Shown here in pieces: positions 48,285 to 59,497 of a DNA stretch of 64,000 bases. Source of the DNA: Puccinia triticina. Lineage: Eukaryota. The first letter of the stretch is position 1; every line of letters starts with the position of its first letter. The DNA lies in assembly GCA_026914245.1 (NCBI GenBank), contig CP110440.1, forward strand, positions 3,348,001 through 3,412,000, given 5' to 3'. Below the pieces are notes generated by a model. It made no database searches and was not told the DNA's origin. It saw only the letters and a program-made list of their open reading frames with translations. The translations under genes and the position numbers were made by a program.

Positions 48285-49062
48285 TAAGTTTGGTTGTCAC
48301 AGGGGTAGCTGTTCTTGGTCATGTAGAAAAACTCCTTGACACTCGTAGCAAACTTCTCTTTGTGTGTTGGTTGGGTGATGGATACAAAGACCCGACCTTT
48401 GTCAGGGTTCCCAAGAAGATGCAGGTACAGCAAGCCAGCTAATTGAGCACTGCTTCATGAATTGGAAATCCGCAGGAAAGGACGTGCTACCAACGCTGAA
48501 ACAAGTACGATACATGGAGCGTATCTGGTAAACATTTTTCATTGAAGATACAGACCTACAAGTCCTATTTTTTGTTTTTAGCCCTGATTATGTATAGGAT
48601 GGCTGAAAACAAAGTATAGGACATGTAGGTCTCCATATTCAATGAAAAACAATTACCAGATATGCTCCATGTATTGTACTTGTTTCAGCGTTGGTGCTAC
48701 CCATGCCGCTACATTTTGTGACAAAACTAAAGTGCAAAACTCGCCATATATATGATAATTTTACGGAAGCTGAATTCACAAAAAAGTGCAGATCCATCCA
48801 TGGCATTGTAAAAACACAATAAATAGCTTGTGCAAGCAAAACAGATTTGTGCTGGTGACATTTCAAGTAGGGGATCAAGGCAACATTGGCAAGAAGGGAA
48901 TGGGAATTCAACAGGGTGACATCAAAAGGAAAGAGAGATCCCCTGGGAAGGAAGTGGGAATAAGAAAAACAAGAAAAAAAACAATGGCCACACAGGTTCA
49001 CTTCAACCACTACCAGATATCCTGAGTGGGATATCCAGTAAGAAATCCAGGATACCCTGTGT

Positions 49063-49421
49063 CCCAAGGCACACTCCGTAAGAGGAGTATGCCAGAGCAC
49101 ACTTTGTAATAGGAGTATGCCAAAGCAAACTATGTAATAGGAGTATGCCAAAGCACACTCTGTAATAGGAGTATGCCAAAGCACACCCCGTTATACGAGT
49201 GTGCCAAAGCACACCCCATTGTAGCAGTGTGCCAAAGTACATCCCGTTATAGGAGTGTGCCAAAGAACACACCGTTATAGGAGTGTGCCAAAGCACACAC
49301 CGTTATAGGAGTGTGCCAAAGCACACACCGTTATAGGAGTGTGCCAAAGAACACACCGTTATAGGAGTGTTCCAAAGCACACACTGTTATAGGAGTGTGC
49401 CAAAGCCAACACCGTTATAGG
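49063..49421. repeat. Left part of the 28-bp palindromic minisatellite
   Basis: About 12 diverged copies of ataggagtgtgccaaagcacac(a/t)ccgtt. Confidence 0.9.
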
Positions 49422-49891
49422 TGTTGAGCTATAGAGCTGTTGTTATTTCTGTTTCATCTCTAGTTGTGTGCTACATACATGTCACTTTCATTTCTCACAT
49501 TTCACTACAGTTTCACATTGTCATCTAGTTTACTGGAGGCAGCAGACGTGGAAGGATTTCCCTTTCCTCATCCTTCCACACCATCATCCACTCACCCGCA
49601 TCGTGTCTGCTGTCTTCAGGTTAGTCATTCTCTTTTCTTTCTTCTCATGTTGTTTTCTTTTCTTCTCATCTTCTGATTTATGCAAATCATAATCCTTCCA
49701 CACCATTATCCACTCACCCGCATCGTGTCTGCTGTCTTCAGCTCCTGTCTCGCCTATCAGGTTATGAGCACCATTTAGCGCAAAACTACCAGCAGCATCG
49801 CCAAGCACGTTAAAGACCGGCGTATCGAGTGGCTCTCATCAGTGGACTACTTAAGGATCAACCTTTCTTTCTCTCCTTCTTCTCAAGAACG

Positions 49892-52800
49892 ATGTCGACC
49901 GACACCAAGGAGGATCTACCAACTCACACCAGCGTCAGCCTTCACTCTCAATCATCCGTCTCCACCGCAAAGATCTCAACGGCTAGGCTCCCAATACTCA
50001 AAGGCCCCGGATCGGACTCGAACTTCCTGAACTGGAAGAAAGTCGTCCTTCGAGTTCTGAAGTCAGCAAAGGTCAATCACGTCCTGACTCCCCTTGCCGC
50101 GAATCTTCGACCAGCAACCTGGGCCGAGGACAACGACCTTGTCTGTGCTGTCTTAGTTCAGATAGTCGACGAGTCCAATCTCCGTCACCTGACCGACAAA
50201 GATACCTCTGCCGAAATCTGGCAGGATCTAGCTCGTGCTCACCAGGACTCTTTGACCGGCGGTCGAGTCTACTGGATTTGCAAACTTGTCAACGCCCGGA
50301 TGGACAGAAATGACATTCATACACACATAGAATCGTTGGCGAATTCGTACGAACGACTCAATTCTCTCATCACGCCGGAAAAACCTCTCACCGCAGAAGA
50401 CGTACACAACGCCGCTCTGCTCAGTTCGATCCCACCAGACTGGCTTCATTGCGTTTCCGCACTTATGAATCAGGAAGGAGTAAAAACGGCAACGATCGTC
50501 TCCGCTCTGAAAAATGAAGCTGTCTGTCGCAAGTCTCAAGGCGACATAATCGCCGTCTCATCCACCAAGGCAAACTCGTCGAAGGCTGCTGTCTCCTCAA
50601 ACCCTCCCAAAGGCACCCGCAACGATTCCACCAAGAAACCCCGTCGGTGTCCCCTTTGCAACAGTGATTCACACGATTTGAACTCCTGTAACAACACAAG
50701 GAAGCTCATCGCCGATCACAAAGCAGCTCAGAAGGCACGTTGGGAAGCTTCTCAACAAGAAAAACCCGCCTCGTCCTCCAAGCCGGCGGCCTGAGCAGGT
50801 AGAACCTCAGCCGCCACGTTGGGACAATCATCCCACAAATACGACGAAGACAACAACTCAGACTACTCCGGGTCTGAAGTAGACGTGGTAGCCGGAAACG
50901 CGGTGGTCTCGCTTTCCATCTCTTCAGACTTGCCGCGAGGAGGGGACGCCAACATCGACTCGGGCTGTTTGATGTCCATGACACCGGATGTCGATGCGAT
51001 AAGCTCCGCGAAATCCGATCGAACTCCTGTCCGACTGGCCGATCATTCCGTCGTTGAAGCCTCCCACAAGGGTATCCAAAATCTCCCTCTCGCTGGCGGA
51101 AAGACAGTCAAAACGCTCGTGGTCCCAGCACTCCATGAACCCCTTCTTTTGGTGGCCGCTATGTGCGATGAAGACTTAACAATTGTCTTTACAAAGAGCT
51201 CATGTGATTTCTTCGCCACCCCATCAACTCAAATCACCGGCGACCTCGTGGGGCGAGGCTACAGAAGAGGAAACCTCTATTATCTACCCTCCGAGCCTGT
51301 GAGCTTGTTTTCCTCTACTCCTGTATTCCCCCCTCCAACCGACAACTCTCTTTTGGGTCTCCACTACCGCTACTCACACATTGGGCTGAAACCCCTAAAA
51401 ACTCTCCTTAAACTCAACGGCATAACCCCCACAGTTATGAACAAGGTCAAAGTTCAACGATGTCGAGTCTGCATCCAGTTGAAAATGCCTTGCAACGCCT
51501 TCAAGTCTCGAGCCTCCTACCGCTCATCTTCGCCGGGCCAACTGATCCACTCGGATGTCGGATCCTATGAGGTCGTGTCGCGGGAAGGTTATAAGTACTT
51601 TATCACCTTCATCAACGATTGTTCAAAATATCTTCATGTTTTCCCTATGAAATGCAAAAGCGATTCTTTCGCGTGTTTCAAACTTTTTCGAGCCTCCTTT
51701 GAAAAATCCGGTTCCTATAAGATCCTCTCTCTCCGTACGGATAACGGCGGAGAGTATATTTCGAAGGAATTTGAATCCTACCTGGCATCCTCGGGGATAA
51801 AGCATGATCCTGGACCACCTCACTCTCCGGAACTCAACGGTGTGGCGGAACGAACCAACAGAACAATCAACAATCTGGTTCAAGTTGCACTTCTTCAGGC
51901 AAATCTTCCTAAGTCGTTCTGGACGGACGCTCTCCGGCATTTTCTCTTCCCATTCAATTCCTTTCCATGTCACACCCCAATGGGCTTTAAATCTCCCATC
52001 TCAATCTTACAACAACACCCGACTGACCTAAATCTGATTCACCCCTTTGGGTGCTTAGTGTGGTACAAGACCCCCGAGGCCAACCGCAAGAAGTTAGACC
52101 ACAAAGGACGGGCCTCGATACTTCTCTCGTATCTATTGGACGGAAACGGATACCGCCTCTGGGATCTGCAAAAACGTTTGGTGGTAAAATCCCGTGACGT
52201 GATCTTTGAGGACTTCACCTTTCCCTATGGGGCTGAACTTTGGTCTCCTCCAAAACCAATCCACGTCGAGATACCCTGGCCGGAATCCTCCCCAATTGCA
52301 TCAACCCCCCCCCCCTCAATGTCCCCTCAAATGACAAAGCCCCGCTAACACCGTGTCTCCCCCCTCCTCCTATTCCCCCTACTCCTCTCCCAGCTCCCCA
52401 GCGTCCATCTACACCGGATCTCTCTATGCTCAACGTCCCACTAGCCCCCCGCTTTGATCGACGACTCACGGCATCTATCCACGCACCGGGCAACGCACCT
52501 CGAGATCCAGTGAACATCTCCTCCGACACAGACTCCTCCCGTAACACCCCCGCCCAATCTCCATCGGCACTGTCACCGTCTCATGTGTCTCTGGAGGACA
52601 TTTCCATAATCTCTCTGCCGCCGCTACGGGCCCCATCCCCATCTCCTTCCCCTTCTGTCTCCCCTCCTCTCCCTCCATCTCCAGCTCCCCCGGCTTCCCC
52701 TCCTATGATAAATTTGCCTCCTCCGCCGCCTCGTCCACGATCTTCCGAGCCGCAAAATTCGCCTCCCAGGCGCCGCTCAGGGCGTGAAAGGAGACCACCT

Positions 52801-55284
52801 GACCGCTACGGCCACTGGTCGAAGAACGCCACTGCGGAAACGGACGTGGATACTCCGAAAACCTGGAGCCAGCTTCTCAAGTCTCCCAACAAACACCGCT
52901 GGCTCAAGGCAGCAGATGACGAGTTTGCTTCGTTACTAGGAATGCAAACGTGGAAGCTGGTCCCGCGACCGCAAAAGAGGCGCATCATAAAGTCTAAGTG
53001 GGTTTTTAAAGTCAAACGCCGACCTGACCATTCCATTCAAAAGCTTAAAGCCCGCCTCATAGCTATGGGCTACTCCCAAGTCCAAGGTCTCGATTATGAT
53101 GAAGTTTTCTCTCCAACTCTCCGTCTGGAGACACTTCGACTGATCTTCTCCCTACTGGCAAGTCGTGGGTGGAAAGGAAGGCAAGTCGACTTCAAGACCG
53201 CCTTCCTCAACGGTCATCTGGATAAACCTATCTACATGGAACAGCCGCCCGGATTCGAGGATCCTCAACACCCGGACTGGGTATGTGAAGTCAGTAGGTC
53301 TCTCTACGGCCTGAAACAATCGCTGCGGCAGTGGAACATTGAACTGCACAAAGCTCTCGTTAACCTTGGTCTTACCAATTCCAAGTATGACCCTACGTTG
53401 TACTTCAAAATATCGTCAGGGAAGCTCGTTGGCGCTTTGACAACACATGTGGATGATCTAGCCATAGTCGGAGAACCAGTGTTTGTTGACTCCCTCATTT
53501 CTTCCATTGGCAAACAATTCAAAATCGGCGCCGATGAAGAGCTAAACCACTTCCTATCACTCAAAATCACGCTATGGCGCTTCTACCTGTGCGCGGTAGA
53601 CAGCGGGCTGAGGGGATGGTGCAGAAAAAGCTGCCCTCGTGGTTGATCCGGATGTGAGTCGTAGAATCAGAAAGATAGCGCTGGGAGGTAGGGATTTTGA
53701 GAGGACGAGGGGAATGGAATACCCCTCGGCGGTTTGAGGTTTGTTAGGAAAAAAAGAAAGGGGGTGAGGGAGTTCTTCTTGTGAACGTATGCGGGAAAGG
53801 ATTCGGAAGTATGCGCCGAAGTGCGTCGGCAAAAGAAACTCAGACAGGTGCGATAAACTCAAGAGTATCAGGATCTCAAACTCAGACAGAAAAATAAGCT
53901 CCAGAATCGTGATGATACTTTTTCTTGGATCAGAAAGAGGTACCATGCCGACCCCTCCTCTAAGTTCGGCTGAACTTAAGCTCAGGGTCGGCGACAGTCC
54001 TTGCGACAGGCTGCGCGACAGGCCCTCGTGCCCGCCGCGCGCGCTACAACCTAGGAAAAAGAGAAACGGAGACCACAACAATAGAAGGGAACCCCACCAC
54101 ACACAAAATACAGAAAAACCGACAACCAACAAACAAAAGCTAAAACCAAAAAGAAAAAAAAACCAACCCGCCTCCTGCACTCCCATCCAACGCGCGCAAA
54201 AATGAGAAACAAAAAGAGAAAAGAGAACAAAGAAGAAAAAGAAACAAAAAAAAAAAACAAAGGAACAAAAGAGAATAAGACCGGAAAAACTGAAGACTGG
54301 AAAAGAAAATTGAGGAGAGAAACAGAAAAGACAAAAGGGATAGAAGGGGGGGACCAAGAGAGCCGGACGGAGTCTGGATCCTGAAACGCCGGGGCTTGAT
54401 GAGACCGTGCCTCTGAGTTAATCTTTCGACTGTCGTGGGTCTCCACCGAATTGTCCACCACAACGCGCGACTTAGCCACCCACTCCCTATTCCTAAATCA
54501 ATCTCACTACATTTCCAACCTCTGTGACCGGTTCCTTGATTCAAAACACGTCTCGGCTCCCACCCCCACCGATTCGAATTTCAAGAATGTTTCCCACCGG
54601 CGCCCAGGCAATCCAAAGTCTCCTGGCCCCTTTCCTCAACTCATAGGGGCGCTTCTCTGGGTATCACAATGCACGCGCCCAGATATTGCGTTCGCGGTCA
54701 ACAGGCTCTCACAAAATCTGCGCGACCCCTCGGAGGCTCACTGGCATGCAGCTGTAAGGGTTCTTAATTACCTAGTATCCACCAAAGAACTCAAGTTGCG
54801 CCTGGGCGGTGACCTTTCATGCTTGGGCTTCTCCGACTCCGACTGGGCCAAAGACCGCGACGACCGCCGTTCAACCTCAGCATACACCTATCGGATTGGT
54901 GATGGCGCGATCTCGTGGAAATCCAGAAAACAAGCAACCGTTTCTCTCTCTAGTACGGAAGCCGAATATAAAGCTTTGTCTGACTCCTGCAAAGAAGCTT
55001 TATGGCTCCGGCACCTTTTAACCGAACTTCATCTTCGCCCGGATACTGTGATTCCCATCCATGTTGACAACGAAGGGGCGGAGGCTCTAGCTAAAAATCC
55101 CGAACACCACGCGCGGACGAAACACATCCACGCCCGGTACCACTTCATTAGGGAGTGCGTACAAGACAAAGACGTCAAACTCCTACATGTCTCAACTAAG
55201 GATATGTTAGCTGACATGCTCACGAAACCGCTTCCCCGTGTGGCTCTGGAAAAACATCGACTCATGTTTGGCATAATTCCCTAG
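49892..55284 (+). pseudogene. Copia gag-pol (gag Zn knuckle, PR, IN, RT, RH)
   Basis: CPLCNSDSHDLNSC; NIDSGC; IHSDV..RTDNGGEY..NGVAERTNRT; KSKWVFK..KARL..DFKTAFL..LYGLKQS..HVDDL; FSDSDWA..ADMLTKPL. In-frame TGA at 50792, frameshift in poly-C at ~52310, solo-LTR insertion at 53573. Confidence 0.97.
53573..54462. mobile_element. Solo LTR (890 bp) inserted in Copia RT, 4-bp TSD
   Basis: Termini TATGG (probably from TGTGG)...CCACA. TSD acgc at 53569-53572 and 54463-54466. Removal restores SLKITRDLAT. Confidence 0.85.
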
Positions 55285-55810
55285 TTCCTGTTCCAATAAT
55301 CACTTTTCTTTCCTTCCCTCCCTTCCCCCATCCATCTTCTTTCCCATTTTTCTTTCCCACCATTCCTTTCCTTCCTCTTAATGCTCCTCTATCTCACTCT
55401 ATTTTTTTTCCTTTCTTTTATTTTCCTTTTTTTTTTTTTCTTCTTCTGTTTCATGTCTGCAGCAAGGGGGGGTGTTGAGCTATAGAGCTGTTGTTATTTC
55501 TGTTTCATCTCTAGTTGTGTGCTACATACATGTCACTTTCATTTCTCACATTTCACTACAGTTTCACATTGTCATCTAGTGTACTGGAGGCAGCAGACGT
55601 GGAAGGATTTCCCTTTCCTCATCCTTCCACACCATCATCCACTCACCCGCATCGTGTCTGCTGTTTTCAGGTTAGTCATTCTCTTTTCTTTCTTCTCATG
55701 TTGTTTTCTTTTCTTCTCATCTTCTGATTTATGCAAATCATAATCCTTCCACACCATCATCCACTCACCCGCATCGTGTCTGCTGTCTTCAGCTCCTGTC
55801 TCGCCTATCA

Positions 55811-57110
55811 ATAGGAGTGTGCCAAAGCACACACCGTTATAGGAGTGTGCCAAAGCACACTCCCTTATAGGAGTGTCCCAAAGCACACTCCGTTATAGGA
55901 GTGTGCCAAAGCACACTCCGTTATAGGAGTGTGCCAAAGCACACTCCGTTATAGGAGTGTGCCAAAGCACACTCCGTTATAGGAGTGTGCCAAAGCACAC
56001 TCCGTTATAGGAGTGTGCCAAAGCACACTCCGTTATAGGAGTGTGCCAAAGCACACTCCGTTATAGGAGTGTGCCAAAGCACACTCCGTTATAGGAGTGT
56101 GCCAAAGCACACTCCGTTATAGGAGTGTGCCAAAGCACACTCCGTTATAGGAGTGTGCCAAAGCACACTCCGTCATAGGAGTGTGCCAAAGCACACTCCG
56201 TCATAGGAGTGTGCCAAAGCACACTCCGTCATAGGAGTGTGCCAAAGCACACTCTGTCATAGGAGTGTGCCAAAGCACACTCCGTCATAGGAGTGTGCCA
56301 AAGCACACTCCGTCATAGGAGTGTGCCAAAGCACACTCTGTCATAGGAGTGTGCCAAAGCACACTCCGTCATAGGAGTGTGCCAAAGCACACTCCGTCAT
56401 AGGAGTGTGCCAAAGCACACTCCGTCATAGGAGTGTGCCAAAGCACACTCCGTCATAGGAGTGTGCCAAAGCACACTCCGTCATAGGAGTGTGCCAAAGC
56501 ACACTCCGTCATAGGAGTGTGCCAAAGCACACTCCGTCATAGGAGTGTGCCAAAGCACACTCCGTCATAGGAGTGTGCCAAAGCACACCCGTCATAGGAG
56601 TGTGACAAAGCACAATCCATTCCTAGGAGTGTGACACTCCGTTCCTAGGAGTGTGACACTCCGTTCCTAGGAGTGTGACACTCCGTTCCTAGGAGTGTGA
56701 CACTCCGTTCCTAGGAGTGTGACACTCCGTTCCTAGGAGTGTGACACTCCGTTCCTAGGAGTGTGACACTCCGTTCCTAGGAGTGTGACACTCCGTTCCT
56801 AGGAGTGTGACACTCCGTTCCTAGGAGTGTGACACTCCGTTCCTAGGAGTGTGACACTCCTGTGACACTCCCTTCCTAGGAGTGTGACACTCTGTTCCTA
56901 GGAGTGTGACACTCTGTTCCTAGGAGTGTGACACTCTGTTCCTAGGAGTGTGACACTCCCTTCCTAGGAGTGTGACACTCCCTTCCTAGGAGTGTGACAC
57001 TCCCTTCCTAGGAGTGTGACACTCCCTTCCTAGGAGTGTGACAATGCGTTCCTAGGAGTGTGCCAAAGCTCCCTCCGTAATAGGAGTATGCCAAAGCACA
57101 CTCCATAATA
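55811..57110. repeat. Palindromic minisatellite: ~28 x 28-bp units then ~20 x 22-bp units
   Basis: ggagtgtgc-caaa-gcacactcc-gt(t/c)ata to ~56600, then ggagtgt-g-acactcc-gttccta to ~57060, then degenerate 28-mers. Confidence 0.97.
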
Positions 57111-57218
57111 GGTCCACTGTTGGCCTCCAGACAAAATTGTAGGAAGACTTCAACTTACCCTGGAACTCACGGTCCCAGCGGGCTTGGCCAATCAGGGCTG
57201 TGATCTGACAGGGAGGGA

Positions 57219-58201
57219 TGTGAGCCTGAGTCTCTATAGTGACTACAGGACACAAGAAAGAAGGGGGGAAATAGTTGGATTTCTTTGGATAAAGAAAATA
57301 CAACCATGAGAGAGATAGAGAAAGAGAAAAGACAAACAGGACAGGATCAGGATAAGGAGATATACTAGGTTATTCTAGTGGGAATGCACGTCCACTGGCA
57401 ATGCTACTCTTCAGAAGAGTGCTGCTAAGCTTTGCTAGAAAGTGCTACAGCCTCCTCTCACTAAAGAAATGTGGAGGGTCTCTGGATTAGATAAGTTTAA
57501 TCCAGCCACAATTTTTTAGCTTCCTTCTGGATAGTCAAGGTTCTTGAAGGGAAACCTGAGGGACAGCCCTGTAACCTAGATTTGAGGCAAAGGCCAGCAG
57601 ATAAGAAGGGACAGCCCTGTGATCAAGAATGAGGCAAAGGCCAGCAGATATGGAGGGACAGCCCTGTGATCAAAAGAAGGAAAAGGCCAGCAGAAAAGAG
57701 CAGATCAAGCAAGACACAGAGTTGTACCTCTGAGATAAAAAAGGTTCAGTGAAAGAGGTTACTTACTGTCAATATCCTAGGCGCCTGTGACGGTAGGTAT
57801 ACTGGGAGTGTTGTAAACTCTTTGGTGGTGATCCTGGGGTTATCTGGGGTGTGTTTTCTGGTGTGCTGAAGTCTCTAGATTTGCCTCAGGCAAGGGGGAT
57901 CTTGACTACGAAAATTTTCACAGTTTGCTTATGTAATTTACATATGTACATGTGGTTTGGCGCGCCTGGTAGCGCTGACACGTCACAACTGCGCATGCGC
58001 GCCACAACTCAATAACTCAAGGAAGGAGTATAGTTACAAGGAATTGATAAGTTGTAACTAGGGTTAAAATTGCATGAGGAAACAGAATATGAAGTCAAAA
58101 CAAGGTTATCTCTTAAGATGAAAAAGATATAAAGTAATTCATGTGTAACAAAGGTAGAACAGGCAGCTTTTAGGTCAGCTGTGATGACTCTAAGGCTGAC
58201 A
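57219..58201 (-). mobile_element. Gypsy-family solo LTR (983 bp), 5-bp TSD
   Basis: TGTGAGCC...GGCTGACA on the plus strand. TSD aggga at 57214-57218 and 58202-58206. Homologous along its length to 25352-26318. Confidence 0.92.
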
Positions 58202-58314
58202 AGGGAGGAGTATATCAGCAAGGAACGGGTGGGATTAAGAAGTGTTTGGAGTCTGTTTCCAATTGAAGTTTGACAAAAAAACACAGCTTTTGCGTACTGC
58301 GGCCCACTGCACTG

Positions 58315-58572
58315 CACTGCAAAAATAACTTGGTCAACTGCTTGTGCAGGATACTCAAGCCAAGCTGCCATTGTAACTCCACATGAATGAAGAAGTGCCT
58401 TTGTTGGAACAGTCACTGTGCAAGGTGCACAGTGACTGTGCAAGGTGCACAGTGACTGTGCATTGAAGCTTGGGTTGAGTCAAACCTTGAGTAAGGCTGG
58501 TGTAACACCACAAGCTTCCTCAGAGTTGCCGCATGTCAACTGCTCACAGTTGACACAGTTTTTTTTGCAGTG
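58315..58572. mobile_element. Small CACTG-terminated MITE
   Basis: Imperfect TIR cactgcaaaaataacttggtcaactg / cagttgacacagttttttttgcagtg. Confidence 0.55.
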
Positions 58573-58742
58573 CTCTACATTGCAAAATATTGGGACCAGC
58601 AAATTCAATGGGTCAGCTTTGAATGATTTTCAAAAAATCATCTGAATGGAATGTCCTTGGGTGGAAAACCCAGAGGATGACCATTGAATATCCTCTCAAT
58701 GCCCTTTGAAAGACATTCGGCGGAGCTGGTCTCTCCACCAAA

Positions 58743-59497
58743 TAGAGATGGCACTTTTGCACCCGGGTACCCGCACGGGTGCGGGTACCCGCTGGTCTGT
58801 TTGGCGAATTCCCAACATCCGCATCCACACTCGTTGGCGGGTACCTGCCTGCCTGGGCGGGTACCCGTGCGGATATCCGCGGGTACCCGCCCCTGCCTCG
58901 GCGACCGGAAGCGATCCCTTCCGGTCAAAGAGGCCATATGGCTAATTTGGCGACCAGAAGGAAACCCTTCTGGTTGCAATATGACCTCTGCAACCAGGAG
59001 AATTTCCTTCTGGTCGCAGAGGTTGTGTAACTTCTGTTGCCAAGGTTGTATAACCTCTTGGACCAGAAGGACTTCCTTCTGGTCGCCAAGGTTGTATAAC
59101 CTCTCGGACCAGAAGGACTTCCTTCTGGTCGCCGAGGTTGTATAACCTGTTGGACCAGGAGGATTTTCTCTTGCTCGCCAAGGCTGTATAACCTCCGCGA
59201 CCAGGAGGATTTCCTTCTGGTTGCCAAGATACAGCCCCGGCCACCGGAAGGAATCCTCCCTGGTCAAAGAGGTTGTATGACCTCGGCGACTGGGAGGAGC
59301 TTTCTGGCTGCCAAGGTTGTACAACCTTGGCAACTGGAAGGGATCCGGCGGGTGTCTGCGGGTGTGCATTTAATTACCCGGGTACCCAACGGCTTTTTCC
59401 CGGAATCTCAGATACCCGCACCCGCACCTGCATCCGTTGGCGGGTACCCGCCAGCGGATAGCAGGTACCCGCAACGGGTGCAAAGTTGCCATCTCTA
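58743..59497. mobile_element. hAT-type MITE (TAGAG termini)
   Basis: TIR tagagatggcacttttgcaccc / gggtgcaaagttgccatctcta. TSD ccaccaaa / tcaccaaa (7 of 8 match). gggtaccc subterminal motifs and ~46-bp internal tandem repeats. Confidence 0.88.

Larger units (their letters stand above)
49422..55810 (+). mobile_element. Full-length Ty1/Copia LTR retrotransposon (inactivated)
   Basis: 338-bp LTRs at 49422-49759 and 55473-55810 (TG..CA, about 3 differences by eye). TSD atagg. PBS ggttatgagc at 49760. PPT agcaaggggggg. Confidence 0.97.

Noticed and set aside
46806..49296. Cys/His/Tyr-rich repetitive ORFs (46806-47303, 48639-49296)
   Set aside because: They are translations of minisatellites.
50792..50794. 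Programmed gag-pol stop-codon readthrough in the Copia
   Set aside because: The TGA is more simply a CGA>TGA transition, and the element has other lesions. Comparing family copies would settle it.
53572..54544. Phe-rich membrane-protein-like ORFs (also 2687-3056 and 22407-22691)
   Set aside because: They are translations of A/T-rich low-complexity tracts inside LTR or retroelement sequence.
55811..57110. CRISPR-like array (28-bp palindromic repeats)
   Set aside because: Units are head-to-tail with no unique spacers, there are no cas genes, and the context is eukaryotic. It is a minisatellite.
25352..58201. One giant ~33-kb LTR element bounded by the two homologous LTRs
   Set aside because: The 57219-58201 copy has its own TSD (aggga) and is visibly diverged, and the 25352 copy is a 5' LTR whose PBS points away from the interval.
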